Shown here: piece after piece, positions 1 to 13,178 of the stretch
Position numbering within the stretch: position 1 is the first letter of the stretch
Layout: each line of letters begins with the position of its first letter
Assembly (NCBI GenBank): GCA_964016885.1
Contig: OZ024766.1
Coordinates: 19,468,001-19,532,000, forward strand
DNA: 64,000 bases
Direction of reading: 5' to 3'
From: Eledone cirrhosa
Taxonomy: Eukaryota
Notes under the pieces: model-generated
The model's database searches: none
The model's input: the letters and a program-made list of their open reading frames with translations, nothing else
Told to the model about the DNA's origin: nothing
Translations under genes and position numbers: made by a program

Positions 1-506
1 AAACAAGAGAGACCGAAGCAGCAGTCCTTGAGAGGAATAACAAATACTAAGGATACACACACACTCAGTAGGTTTCATTATACTGTTTACTACTGGGTTT
101 TATCTATTATTTCGTCTTCCTGTTGAATCACTTCTATTGTATCGTTGTATTGATACATACATACACGCTAGCTCGAAGTAGCTAGTCAGCAAATTGATGT
201 AGTGATAATTCCTGTCACAAATTTTATTACTTGATATTCAATGTAGCAACAAGTTAATATTGTTATTGTAAAATAAACATTGTCAACATCACAATTCTGG
301 CATTATTCTTTTTATCATTCATACACAAAAGAATACATTTATCCACTACATATGCAACAAATAAATGGGGACACAAATTTCAACACACATACATTCACAT
401 ATATATAGCGTATGTAAATTCTGAACGATACAGATTTGTCAGCACAAGTCTTGGTTACAACTTCTACAAATGAAATGAAAGGGGAAGAATTTCTTAGTAA
501 AACAGT

Positions 507-512
507 TTTATT
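507..512 (-). terminator. Putative polyadenylation signal AATAAA (recurs in all units, e.g. 7049-7054, 36548-36553)
   Basis: TTTATT on +; followed on - by a U-rich/GU-rich tract; just downstream of the ZF relic. Confidence 0.6.
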
Positions 513-584
513 CAAAATATTAACATTGGTGGCACTATTTTGGGTGAGTGATATGGTTTTTATCTTGTCTGAAAGTAATCTTTA

Positions 585-945
585 CAAGAGAATGATTTAC
601 CACAGACATCACAGTGATATAGTTCCTCTCCTGTAAATGTTAGTATCTAGTGAAGCCACAACATTTAGAGAAGGATTTACTGCAGACATCACAGTGATAT
701 AGTTCCTCTCCTGTAAACGTTAGTGCCGAATGAAGTGAGTTATTTCAGAGAATGATTTCCCACAGATATCACAGTGATATGGTCTCTCTCCTGTATGTAT
801 ATGTTTGTGTCTAGTTGAACAAGCTATCATGGATAACAATTTACCACAAATATTACAGTGATTGGCTTTTCTCCAGTATATATATGTTTGTATGAAGTTA
901 AGTAGCAATGAAAGAGAATTGCACAGTGGCATGGCTTCTCATATG
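585..945 (-). pseudogene. Degenerate zinc-finger relic in the 3'UTR of unit 1
   Basis: Frameshifted fingers (CNICGK..., [17 protein letters not shown]) plus 2 copies of the 80-bp unit motif. Confidence 0.85.
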
Positions 946-996
946 AATGTATTTGTGTTTAATTCACCATTTTCAGACAATGAGATATTTTTTTGG

Positions 997-2190
997 TTAT
1001 GGGTTCTCACCCATATGGGTATATTTGTGCCTAGTTAAACTACTTGATACAGAGAATGATTTACCACAGATATCGCAGTGGTATGACTTGTCTCCTGTAT
1101 GGGTACGTATGTGTTTAGTTAAGTTACTACTTGCAGAGAAGGATTTGCCACAGATATCGCAGTGGTATGGCCTGTCTCCTGTATGTATACGTAAGTGTTT
1201 AGTTAAGGTACTACTTACAGAGAATGATTTACCACAGATATCACAGTGGTATGGCTTGTCTCCTGTATGGGTACGTTTGTGTGCAGTTAAACTACTTGAT
1301 ACAGAGAACGATTTACCACAGATATCACAGTGGTATGACTTGTCTCCTGTATGGGTACGTAAGTGTTTAATTAAGGTACTACTATCAGAGAATGATTTAC
1401 GACAGATATCACAGTGGTATGGCCTGTCTCCTGTATGTATACGTTTGTGTCTACTTAAGTTACTACTTCCAGAGAATGATATACCACAGATATCACAGTG
1501 GTATGGTTTGTCTCCAGTGTGGGTACGTTCGTGTTTAGTTAAGGTACCACCTTCAAAGAATGATTTACCACAGATATTACAGTGGTATGGCTTGTCTCCT
1601 GTATGGGGACGTAAATGTGTAGTTAACTTACTACTATCAGAGAATGATTTACCAGAGATATCGCAGCGGTATGGCCTGTCTCCTGTATGGGTACGTTTGT
1701 GTTTAGTTAAGGTACCACCTTCAGAGAATGATTTACCACAGATATCGCAGCGATATGGCCTGTCTCCTGTATGGGTACGTTTGTGTCTAGTTAAGGTACC
1801 ACTTTCAGAGAATGATTTACCACAGATTTCGCAGTGGTATGGCTTGTCTCTTGAATGTGTACGTTTGTGGCAAGTTAAGTTACTACTATCAGAGAATGAT
1901 CTACCACAGATATCACAGTGGTATGGCTTGTCTCCTGTATGTATACGTTTGTGTCTAGTTAAGTCACTACTTTGAGAGAATGATTTACCACAGATATCAC
2001 AGTGGTATGGCTTGTCTCCTGTATGTGTACGTTTGTGTGGAATTAACTGACCATTTTGAGAGAATGATTTACCACAGACACCACAGTGATATGGTTTCTC
2101 TCCTCTAGACTCTGGCATCTCTGCTGGAATAGCCATATCTCTAGACAATGTTTCACATTTAATCTTCTTCACACTCAATTTCGTTTCCAT
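997..2190 (-). CDS. Poly-C2H2 zinc-finger protein, unit 1 (13 fingers, finger 6 has CxxS)
   Basis: 397-aa ORF; 28-aa repeats [28 protein letters not shown] after a 33-aa N-terminus; ends GENP-TAA. Confidence 0.93.
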   Translation of the reverse strand: METKLSVKKIKCETLSRDMAIPAEMPESRGEKPYHCGVCGKSFSQNGQLIPHKRTHTGDKPYHCDICGKSFSQSSDLTRHKRIHTGDKPYHCDICGRSFSDSSNLTCHKRTHSRDKPYHCEICGKSFSESGTLTRHKRTHTGDRPYRCDICGKSFSEGGTLTKHKRTHTGDRPYRCDISGKSFSDSSKLTTHLRPHTGDKPYHCNICGKSFFEGGTLTKHERTHTGDKPYHCDICGISFSGSSNLSRHKRIHTGDRPYHCDICRKSFSDSSTLIKHLRTHTGDKSYHCDICGKSFSVSSSLTAHKRTHTGDKPYHCDICGKSFSVSSTLTKHLRIHTGDRPYHCDICGKSFSASSNLTKHIRTHTGDKSYHCDICGKSFSVSSSLTRHKYTHMGENP

Positions 2191-2566
2191 GTTTCTTCTT
2201 CCCTTAGCAGAATTTACAGATGTTATTCTCGTCTTATTTTATATATTATATTCGTGAAGATATTTCTTCTGCTATATTTCCGGCAACGGTGATCTCAGTC
2301 AAGATCTGAAGATGATGTAAACTTCTTTCTGATCCAAGTTTAGTTAAGATTTGAAATCATCTTGTAAATATTTCAGATGCTGATGAAACAATACTTTTCC
2401 AAGAGACACAGTTCTGAGGAAATATTTCACAGTAATTCTGCCATAGATTTATATAAACAGTGTTATATGAGTTCCGTATCAAAAGCTTTAGTCTTGAAAT
2501 GATGATAAATAGAGGGGATGTATTCAAGATTAAAAAAATAATTTTATCCCAATGTCATCTGATATT

Positions 2567-2590
2567 CTGAAATAAGAAAGAAACAGTATG
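2567..2590 (-). other. Putative splice acceptor of the coding exon (CTGTTTCTTTCTTATTTCAG)
   Basis: Polypyrimidine tract + CAG on the minus strand 376 nt upstream of the ATG, conserved in all units. Confidence 0.7.
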
Positions 2591-2866
2591 AGATAATAGA
2601 GAATACTTTAGAAACAGAGATAGATTTAACATTGGAAATTTTATATTTCTATATTGATAAACTGTAGATATCAACTTTCCTGTCCAGAGTAATTCTCTCT
2701 ATTTTTTATCTTTTCTGTTTGGATGCCTTTCCACTCATCAACCACTTTACAGCAAGGACTGGGTGTATTGTTTGTGGCACTAGAGAGGTTATTTTAATGG
2801 TCTTAAGAGCTCATATATATACATACATATATATATACATATGTGTAGATATTTATATATATATAC

Positions 2867-2911
<45 letters not shown>

Positions 2912-3049
2912 CATATAAATTTCACCAGAGATAGAACACCAGAATTAGTCATTTAGTTTACATAATGAGACCACAACACATCCTAGTTATTTTAAATGGG
3001 TGGGATGAATTAAGAGTAGGGTGGTGGTGTAAAAAATCTGAGAATTAAA

Positions 3050-3205
3050 TGAGTGAGGGTGGGGGAAAATTATTTGAGACCTAAGCTAGGGTAGGGGACA
3101 ATTATTTGAGACGAAAGTGAGGGTGGGGAACGATTATTTCAGAAAAAAGTGAGGGTGGGGGACAATTATTTGAGACCAAAATGAGGGTGGGGGACAATTA
3201 TTTGA
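3050..3205 (+). repeat. G-rich ~31-bp repeats (GTGAGGGTGGGGGACAATTATTTGAGACCAAA), 2-5 copies per unit
   Basis: Visible here and at ~12095, 18910, 25225, 33240, 41575, 48525, 54465. Confidence 0.85.
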
Positions 3206-3972
3206 GTTACACACACATCTGCTGAGTTACACACACATCTACTGTGTTACATACACATCTACTGAGTTATACACACATCTACTGAGTTATATACATCTAA
3301 TGAGTTACACACACATCTACTGAGTTACACACACATCCACTGAGCTACACACACATCTACTGAGTTACACACACATCTACTGAGTTACATACACATCTAC
3401 TGAGCTACACACACATCTGAGTTACACACATCTACAGTTATACACACATCTACTGAGTTACACACACATCTACTGAGTTACACACACGTCTACTGAGTTA
3501 CACACACATCTACTGAGCTACACACACATCTACTGAGTTACATACACATCTACTGAGTTACACACACATCTACAGAGTTACATACACATCTACTGAGTTA
3601 CACACACATCTACAGAGTTACATACACATCTACTGAGTTACACACACATCTACTGAGTTACACACACATCTACTGGGTTACACACACATCTACTGAGTTA
3701 CATACACATCTACTGAGTTATACACACATTTACTGAGCTACACACACATCAACTGAGTTACACACACATCTACTGAGTTACACACACATCTACTGAGTTA
3801 CACACACGTCTACTGAGTTACATACACATCTGAGTTACACACACATCTACAGAGTTACATACACATCTACTGAGTTACACACACATCTACTGAGTTACAC
3901 ACACATCTACAGAGTTACACACACATCTACAGAGTTACATACACATCTACTGAGTTACACACACATCTACTC
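3201..3972 (+). repeat. 20-bp minisatellite (CTACTGAGTTACACACACAT), unit 1
   Basis: Tandem 20-mers with 17- and 18-mer variants. Confidence 0.97.
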
Positions 3973-4019
3973 ATACATATTTATAAATAGACACATTATA
4001 CAAAATAATTATTATATAC

Positions 4020-4030
4020 ACTCACATCTA
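4020..4030 (-). other. Putative splice donor of a non-coding 5' exon (AGAT|GTGAGT)
   Basis: Consensus GTGAGT just upstream of the minisatellite in units 1,2,3,7,8. Confidence 0.55.
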
Positions 4031-4274
4031 TGAATGATTGAGGAAGAGCTGGTGAAACACTATAGCAATATGTGTTTCACCCCTTTTGGTTTTACCGGCT
4101 ACATAGCCTATCCGTATTCTTATATCAGATGTGTAGGTGTATTATCTTGTCTAGTATGTATAATGTATGTATGTATATATACAATACATATACACATATA
4201 TATATGCATATATACATGAATACATATATATATATATACATATATTTATACTTTATATATATATATATACTTTA

Positions 4275-4590
4275 TATATATAAAGTATATATAAATATTT
4301 AGACAGAAAATACGGGAAAAATTAGTCAGAAATATTTTAAATATAAAACGGAATAAATTAATGAAAGAAACGTAAAACAGATAAAAATTGTTGAAATACC
4401 TTGAAAATATAAAATATAGAAGAAAGAGGCAGGAATTGATTGAGTTTGAAGTAAATTAATGAATGAACGAAAGTAGGTGGGGCAGGAACAGGAAGTAAAG
4501 ACAGTAGAGTCTCGCAGTAAATGGTAAGGTTTAGAGTAAGAATTATTTTATTCCTGGTTGTATAAATAACATTACAAATAGCACAAATAT
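4275..4590 (-). promoter_or_regulatory. Conserved putative promoter/first-exon block with ETS-like CAGGAAGT (4489-4496) and donor-like AAG|GTATTT (4399)
   Basis: Near-invariant non-coding block in every unit upstream of the gene; motif match only. Confidence 0.4.
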
Positions 4591-4613
4591 CAAATAGATA
4601 AAAATATATATAC

Positions 4614-4668
<55 letters not shown>

Positions 4669-4789
4669 GTCCGAACAGCAAGTACAGTCTCGCAGTGAAT
4701 GGTAAGTGTTAGGGGAAGAATTATTTTATTCCTGGTTGTATAAATAACATTAAAAATATCAAATAGATAAAAAAAATATACGTACACAT

Positions 4790-4888
4790 ATATTTTACCT
4801 TTCTCTCTCTATATATATATATATACGTAAACACACATACTCTATGGTGCAACACAAAAAATATGTGTATATATATATATATAGTGAA

Positions 4889-4930
<42 letters not shown>

Positions 4931-5700
4931 ATATCATTTCACACCTTTTATTGTGAAGATTTTTGATGTTCTATTAAGAGAACCGATTTTACTGAAAATA
5001 TCGAATAATGTACACCATTTTACCAGGGGAAAAAATACTGGTCTACCCACCCACACACATATAAACACACACACACACACGCGTACATTAACATACAAAG
5101 AGACTTATACACACACACACACTTCTCCGTATAAGACAAAAGCTGAAAAATATCTTTTGACATGCTAAAATACCCCCCACTGCTTACAGACACATTCCTA
5201 CTGACCATCCCGCTACCATGAATTACTCTGCTATACACACACACACACACACTTATCTTAATAGCCAATTGACACACATCCCTGCTAACCATTATCACAA
5301 CATCGAACACTTTACTACTACTACACACACACACACATATTTGTTGTGAAAGAGACATTTCTCAGTCTTGGCGCAAAATCAATTTTTTATTCACATGACC
5401 TCTACCGACCAATCAAAATTGTTTGGACCACAAGAATTTTTGCAACACCAAATAGTGCTGGAGCCACTTTTTTTAGCATAAAAACAGGTAGAATTCCCAA
5501 AACTAATCAGATCAGAGCAAACAACACGGACACTCCATCTCAAAATTATTTTTGAAAAGTATCTAGAAATGCGCAATCGGTAATAACTTAAAAACACAAC
5601 TGAATACTAACCCATACAATTACTAATACTCTTTTATTCCTAATTAAACCATCTTTAAACTGAACAATTTGTCAGCATTTTCTAACCTGTTTACAAATAA
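4790..5700. other. Unit-1-specific spacer sequence of unknown origin (CA-rich; likely an interspersed repeat)
   Basis: Replaces the RTE/CR1 relic block; recurs only at ~56265-57165. Confidence 0.55.
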
Positions 5701-5702
5701 AT

Positions 5703-5849
5703 AAAACAAACAAACAAACAAACAAACAAACAGACAAACAAACAAACAAACAAACAAACAAACAAACAAACAAACAAACAAACAAACAAACAAACAAACA
5801 AACAAACAAACAAACAAACAAACAAACAAACAAATAAATAAATAAATAA

Positions 5850-5895
<46 letters not shown>
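5703..5895 (+). repeat. Compound microsatellite (AAAC)n(AAAT)n(TA)n
   Basis: Direct reading; shorter version without AAAT at 57166-57307. Confidence 0.95.
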
Positions 5896-5900
<5 letters not shown>

Positions 5901-5907
5901 GATAGAT

Positions 5908-6183
5908 AGGCACATGGCTTAATTGTTAGAGCATTGACCTTGCAATGGAAAGGTTGTGAGTTCAATTCTCAGACCAGGTGGTGTGTTTTTTCCTTGAGCA
6001 AGACAATTTATTAAACATTGCTCCAGTTTACTCAGCTGTAGAAATGTGATGATAGGGACTGAGATCCATATAATTCCACTGCAAAAAAGCACCCACCACT
6101 CACTGTAAATGAAGTTGGTGTTAGGAAGGGCATCCAGCTGTAGAAATCAAGCCAGAATCAGTTCCCATCCCACCCTTGCAAGC
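5908..6183 (+). mobile_element. tRNA-derived SINE (possibly composite) with an RTE-like 3' tail
   Basis: A-box-like TGGCTTAATTGTT, B-box GAGTTCAATTC, CCTTGAGCAAGACA core, GTTAGGAAGGGCATCCAGC, tail CCCATCCCACCCTTGCAAGC. Confidence 0.75.
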
Positions 6184-7139
6184 TGAATCTAAAAGTTCTC
6201 GCATCTGAGACCACCTATCGTGGCGAGTTTCCCACCATTGTCCTGTCAAGAGACAACAATGATGAACATGCATGCCACTGGACCTGTGACCCCAGCTTCA
6301 AGATAGCTGAAACTCACATGGCTACTCATAAATCAACCTTGTATACACATCTAGCTATAGGGTTATTATAAATACAAGTATAAAGGGAATCCAGCAGCCA
6401 GACCACGAAGCAGTAGTCCTTAAGAGAATAATGATGTGAAACATTCACGTTCTACAGACCTCTTGGGGTCTGCAGACTTCTACTGACCTTTTACTCTATC
6501 TCTCTCCTGGCTCTCACCTTCTCGGCCACAGACTACACCACCAAACAAGAGAGACCGAAGCAGCAGTCCTTGAGAGGAATAACAAATAGTAAGGATACAC
6601 ACACACTCAGTAGGTTTCATTATACTGTTTACTTCTGTGTTTTATCTATTCTTTTGTCTTCCTGTTGAATCACTTCTCGTGTATCGTTGTATTGATACAT
6701 ACATACACGCTAGCTCGAAGTAGCTAGTCAGCAAATTGATGTAGTGATAATTCCTGTCACAATTTTTATTACTTGATATTCAATGTAGCAACAAGTTAAT
6801 ATTGTTATTGTAAAATAAACATTGTCAACATCACAATTCTGGCATTATTCTTTTTATCATTCATACACAAAAGAATACATTTATCCACTACATATTCAAC
6901 AAACAAAAGGGGACACAAACTTCTACACACATACATTCACATATATATAACGTATGTAAATTCTGAACGATACAGATTTGTCAGCACAAGTCTTGGTTAC
7001 AACTTCTACAAATAAAATGAAAGGAGAAGAATTTCTTAGTAAAACAGTTTTATTCAAAATGTTAACATTGGTGGCACTATTTTGGGTGTGTGGTATGGTT
7101 TTTATCTTGTCTGATTGTGTTGCATTAAGTAATCTTTAC

Positions 7140-7660
7140 AAGAGAATGATTTACCACAGACATCACAGTGATAAAGTTCCTCTCCTGTATATGTTAGTGT
7201 CTAGTGAAGCCCCAACATTTAGACAACGATTTACTGCAGACATCACAGTGATATGGTTCCTCTCCTGTATATGTTAGTGTCTAGTGAAGCCACAACATTT
7301 AGACAATGATTTACTGCAGACATTACAGTGATATAGTTCCTCTCCTGTAAATGTTAGTGTCTAGTGAAGCCACAATATTTAGAGAAGGCTTTACCACAGA
7401 CATTACAGTGATATAGTTCCTCTCCTATAAATGTTAGTGCCGAATGAAGTGAGTTATTTCAGAGAATGATTTCCCACAGATATCACAGTGATATGGTTTC
7501 TCTCCTGTATGCATATGTTTGTGTCTAGTTGAACAAGCTATCATGGATAACAATTTACCACAAATATTACAGTGATTGGCTTTTCTCCAGTATATATATG
7601 TTTGTATGAAGTTAAGTAGCAATGAAAGAGAATAGCCCAGTGGCATGGCTTCTCATATGA
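7140..7660 (-). pseudogene. Degenerate zinc-finger relic / 80-bp satellite, unit 2 (4 motifs)
   Basis: TTCCTCTCCT at 7177, 7257, 7337, 7417. Confidence 0.85.
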
Positions 7661-7710
7661 ATGTATTTGTGTTTAATTCACCATTGTCAGACATTGAGAT
7701 ATTTTTTTCG

Positions 7711-9906
7711 TTATGGGTTCTTACCTGTATGAGTATATTTGTGTCTAGTTAAACTACTTGATACAGAGAATAATTTACCACAGATATCGCAGTGGTATGG
7801 CTTGTCTCCTGTATGGGTACGTAAGTGTTTAGTTAAGTAACTACTATCAGAGAATGATTTACCACAGATATCACAGTGGTATGGCTTGTCTCCTGTATGG
7901 GTACGTAAGTGTTTAGTTAAGTAACTACTATCAGAGAATGATTTACCACAGATTTCGCAGTGGTATGGCTTGTCTGTTGTATGTATATTTTTGTGTCTAG
8001 TTAAGGTACTACTAACAGAGAATGATATACCACAGATATCACAGTGGTATGGCTTGTCTCCTGTATGTATACGTACGTGTGTAGTTAAGTGAGTACTTTG
8101 AGAGAATGATTTACCACAGATATCACAGTGGTGTGGCTTGTCTCCTGTATGCATACGTTTGTGGCAAGTTAAGTTGCTACTTCGAGAGAATGATTTACCA
8201 CAGATTTCGCAGTGGTATGGCTTGTCTGCTGAATGTATACGTTTGTGTCTAGTTAAGGTACTACTAACAGAGAATGATTTACCACAGATATCACAGTGGT
8301 ATGGCTTGTCTCCTGTATGTATACGTATGTGGCAAGTTAAGTTGGTACTTCGAGAGAATGATTTACCACAGATTCCGCAGTGGTATGGCTTGTCTCCTGT
8401 ATGTATACGTTTGTGGCAAGTCAAGTTACTACTATCAGAGAATGATTTACCACAGATTTCGCAGTGGTATGGCTTGTCTCCTGTATGTATACGTTTGTGT
8501 CTAGTTAAGTGACTACTTTTAGAGAATGATTCACCACAGATATCACAGTGGTATGGCTTGTCTCCTGTATGTATACGTTTGTGTCTAGTTAAGTGACTAC
8601 ATTGAGAGAATGATTTACCACAGATATCACAGTGGTATGGCTTGTCTCCTGTATGTACACGTTTGTGTTTAGTTAAGTGACTACTGACAGAGAATGATAT
8701 ACCACAGATATCACAGTGGTATGGCTTGTCTCCTGTATGTATACGTTTGTGTGGAATTAACTGACCACTTTTAGAGAATGATTTACCACAGACATCACAG
8801 TGGTATGGCTTGTCTCCTGTATGGGTATGTAAGTGTGAAGTTAAGGTACCACTTTCAGAGAATGATTTACCACAGATATCACAGTGGTATGGCTTGTCTC
8901 CTGTATGTATACGTTTGTGTCTAGTTAAGGTACTACTAACAGAGAATGATATACCACAGATATCACAGTGGTATGGCTTGTCCCCTGTATGTATACGTAT
9001 GTGTGTAGTTAAGTGACTACTATCAGAGAATGATTTACCACAGATATCACAGAGGTGTGGCTTCTCTCCTGTATGTATACGTTTGTGGCAAGTTAAGTTG
9101 CTACTTTGAGAGAATGATTTACCACAGATTTCGCAGTGGTATGGCTTGTCTCCTGTATGTATACGTTTGTGGCAAGTTAAGGTACTACTAACAGAGAATG
9201 ATATACCACAGATATCACAGTGGTATGGCTTGTCCCCTGTATGTATACGTATGTGTGTAGTTAAGTGACTACTATCAGAGAATGATTTACCACAGATATC
9301 ACAGAGGTGTGGCTTCTCTCCTGTATGTATACGTTTGTGGCAAGTTAAGTTGCTACTTTGAGAGAATGATTTACCACAGATTTCGCAGTGGTATGGCTTC
9401 TCTGCTGTATGTATATGTTTAGTTAAGGTACTACTATCAGAGAATGATATACCACAGATATCGCAGTGGTGTGGCTTGTCTCCTGTGTGTATACGTTTGT
9501 GTCTAGTTAAGGTACTCCTAACAGAGAATGATTTACCACAGATTTCGCAGTGGTATGGCTTGTCTCTTGTATGTGTACGTTTGTGGCAAGTCAAGTTACT
9601 ACTATCAGAGAATGATCTACCACAGATATCACAGTGGTATGGCTTGTCTCCTGTATGTATACGTTTGTGTCTAGTTAAGTCACTATTTTGAGAGAATGAT
9701 TTACCACAGATATCACAGTGGTATGGCTTGTCTCCTATATGTGTACGTTTGTGTGGAATTAACTGACCATTTTGAGAGAATGATTTACCACAGACATCAC
9801 AGTGATATGGTTTCCCTCCTCTAGACTTTGGCATCTCTTCTGGAATAGCCATATCTCTAGACGATGTTTCACATTTAATCTTCTTCACACTAAATTTCGT
9901 TTCCAT
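7711..9906 (-). CDS. Poly-C2H2 zinc-finger protein, unit 2 (25 fingers, one with a 2-aa deletion KHIHT)
   Basis: 731-aa ORF of tandem C2H2 repeats with TGDKP linkers. Confidence 0.93.
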   Translation of the reverse strand: METKFSVKKIKCETSSRDMAIPEEMPKSRGGKPYHCDVCGKSFSQNGQLIPHKRTHIGDKPYHCDICGKSFSQNSDLTRHKRIHTGDKPYHCDICGRSFSDSSNLTCHKRTHTRDKPYHCEICGKSFSVRSTLTRHKRIHTGDKPHHCDICGISFSDSSTLTKHIHTAEKPYHCEICGKSFSQSSNLTCHKRIHTGEKPHLCDICGKSFSDSSHLTTHIRIHTGDKPYHCDICGISFSVSSTLTCHKRIHTGDKPYHCEICGKSFSQSSNLTCHKRIHTGEKPHLCDICGKSFSDSSHLTTHIRIHTGDKPYHCDICGISFSVSSTLTRHKRIHTGDKPYHCDICGKSFSESGTLTSHLHTHTGDKPYHCDVCGKSFSKSGQLIPHKRIHTGDKPYHCDICGISFSVSSHLTKHKRVHTGDKPYHCDICGKSFSQCSHLTRHKRIHTGDKPYHCDICGESFSKSSHLTRHKRIHTGDKPYHCEICGKSFSDSSNLTCHKRIHTGDKPYHCGICGKSFSRSTNLTCHIRIHTGDKPYHCDICGKSFSVSSTLTRHKRIHSADKPYHCEICGKSFSRSSNLTCHKRMHTGDKPHHCDICGKSFSQSTHLTTHVRIHTGDKPYHCDICGISFSVSSTLTRHKNIHTTDKPYHCEICGKSFSDSSYLTKHLRTHTGDKPYHCDICGKSFSDSSYLTKHLRTHTGDKPYHCDICGKLFSVSSSLTRHKYTHTGKNP

Positions 9907-10404
9907 GTTTCTTCTTCCCTTGGCAGAATTTACAGATGTTATTCTTGTCTTATTTTATATATTATATTCCTGAAGATATTTCTTCAGCTATATTTCCGGC
10001 AACGGTGATCTCAGTCAAGATCTGAAGATGATGCAAACTTCTTTCTGATCCAAGTTTAGTTAAGATTCAAAATCATCTTGTAAATATTTCAGATGCTGAT
10101 GAAACAATACCTTTCCAAGAATTTTTCCAAGACACACAGTTCTCAGGAAATATTTCACACTAATTCTGCCATAGATTTATATAAACAGTGTTATATGAGT
10201 TCTGTATCAAAACCTTTAGTCTTGAAATGATGATAAATAGAGGGGATGTATTCAAGATTAAAAATCTAATTTTATACCAATGTCATCTGATAATCTGAAA
10301 TAAGAAAGAAACAGTATGAGATAAAAGAGAATACTTTAGAAACAGAGATAGATTTAACATTGGATATTTTATATTTCTATATTGATAAACTGTAGATATC
10401 AACT

Positions 10405-10755
10405 TTCCTGTCCAGAGTTATTCTCTCCAATGTAAGCAGTGATATTCCACGATGCTCTATAAACTATATCCTTCTAACTCTTGGGAGGTCTGCTCTATAG
10501 CCTTTACCCAAGAACTTCATTCTTATATGACATTCTAACATGGTAATTGTCTGAGACCTGAGATGTGTAACTTGACAGTTCCTTGTGTAACAGTTCTTTC
10601 TACCTGGAAGGGGAAAATTGTTGTGTAATTGCTTGGTAACAGTCAAAGGATTCTCACACATGGCAACCCTAGGCACCCCAATAACATGACTTGTGTTAGG
10701 CTTGTAGACACAATTAGTGGGAATTTTTATTCCTAGGGATTACATAATTTTAGCG
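10405..10755 (-). mobile_element. Possible ancient intronic LINE relic (in units 2-7 and 9; largely deleted in 1 and 8)
   Basis: Frame KGYRAD...*FIEHRGISLLTL resembles the LINE RT N-terminal KGD..C.NYRGISLL motif. Confidence 0.4.
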
Positions 10756-10866
10756 CTATTTTTTTTTTTTCTGTTTGGATGCCTTTCCACTCATCAACCA
10801 CTTTACAGCAAGGACTGGGTGTATTGTTTGTGGCACTAGAGAGGTTATTTTAATGGTCTTAAGCTC

Positions 10867-11962
<1,096 letters not shown>

Positions 11963-12217
11963 AAATTTCACCAGAGATAGAAAACCAGAATTAGTCATTT
12001 AGTTTACACAATGAGACCACAACCCATCCTATTTATTTTAAATGGGTGGGGTGAATTAAGAGTGGGGTGGTGGTGTAAAAAATCTGAAAATTAAATGAGT
12101 GAGGGTGGGGGAAAATTATTTGAGACCTAAACGAGGGTAGGGGACAATTATTTGAGACCAAAGTGAGGGTGGGGAACGATTACATCAGAAAAAAGTGAGG
12201 GTGGGGGACAATTATTT

Positions 12218-13178
12218 GAGCTACACACACATCTACTGAGTTACACACACATCTACAGAGCTACACACACATCTACTGAGTTACATACACATCTACTGAG
12301 TTACACACACATCTACTTAGTTACACACACATCTACTGAGTTACATACACATCTACTGAGTTACATACACATCTAGTGAGTTACATACACATCTAGTGAG
12401 TTACACACACATCTACTTAGTTACACACACATCTACTTAGTTACACACACATCAACTTAGTTACACACACATCTACTTAGTTACACACACATCTACTGAG
12501 TTACATACACATCTACTGAGTTATACACACATCTACTGAGTTACACACTCATCTGAGTTATACACACATCTACTGAGTTATACACACATCTGAGTTAAAC
12601 ACACATCTACTGAGTTATACCCATATCTACTGAGTTACATACACATCTACTGAGTTACACACACATCTTCTGATTTACACACACATCGGAGTTACATACA
12701 CATCTACTGAGTTACACACACATCTACTGAGTTACACACACATCTACTGAGTTACACACACATCTACTGAGTTATACAGACATCTACTGATTGACACACA
12801 CATCGGAGTTACATACACATCTACTGAGTTACACACACATCTACTGATTTACACACACATCTACTGAGTTACAACACATCTACTGAGTTATACACACATC
12901 TACTGAGTTATACACATCTACTGAGTTACACACACATCTACTGAGTTATACACATCTACTGAGTTACACACATCTACTGAGTTATACACACATCTACTGT
13001 GTTATATACACATGTACATAGTTATACACACATCTACAGAGTTACACACACATCTACTGAGTTATACACACATCTACTGAGTTACACACACATCTACAGA
13101 GTTATACACACATCTACTGAGTTACACACACATCTACTGAGTTACACACACATCTACTGAGTTACACACACATCTACT
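12218..13178 (+). repeat. 20-bp minisatellite, unit 2
   Basis: Same consensus. Confidence 0.97.

Noticed and set aside
168-185. CTAGCT-cgaagt-AGCTAG hairpin as a Helitron end or terminator
   Set aside because: Only a 6-bp stem with no other element hallmarks; deleted in two spacers
436-636. Recurrent MSAQVLVTT ORF with a hydrophobic stretch
   Set aside because: TTG start, antisense to the 3'UTR, variable length among units
947-1975. 342-aa plus-strand ORF ([16 protein letters not shown] repeats) and similar ones
   Set aside because: Antisense shadow of the ZF repeat; broken by stops in most paralogues
997-2190. Assignment as PRDM9 or KRAB-ZNF orthologues
   Set aside because: No SET, KRAB or SSXRD coding sequence found in any unit; similarity is only in mode of evolution
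3201-3972. CRISPR-like appearance of regular short repeats
   Set aside because: No unique spacers, no cas genes, eukaryotic context
5644-5965. LFVC-repeat hydrophobic ORFs
   Set aside because: Translation of (GTTT)n
5908-5980. tRNA gene
   Set aside because: A/B boxes are present but no convincing cloverleaf; continues into a SINE body
10464-10676. Conserved 70-aa ORF MPRVAMCENP as a micro-gene or effector exon
   Set aside because: Non-ATG start, deleted in units 1 and 8, conservation explained by recent duplication, LINE-like motif in frame
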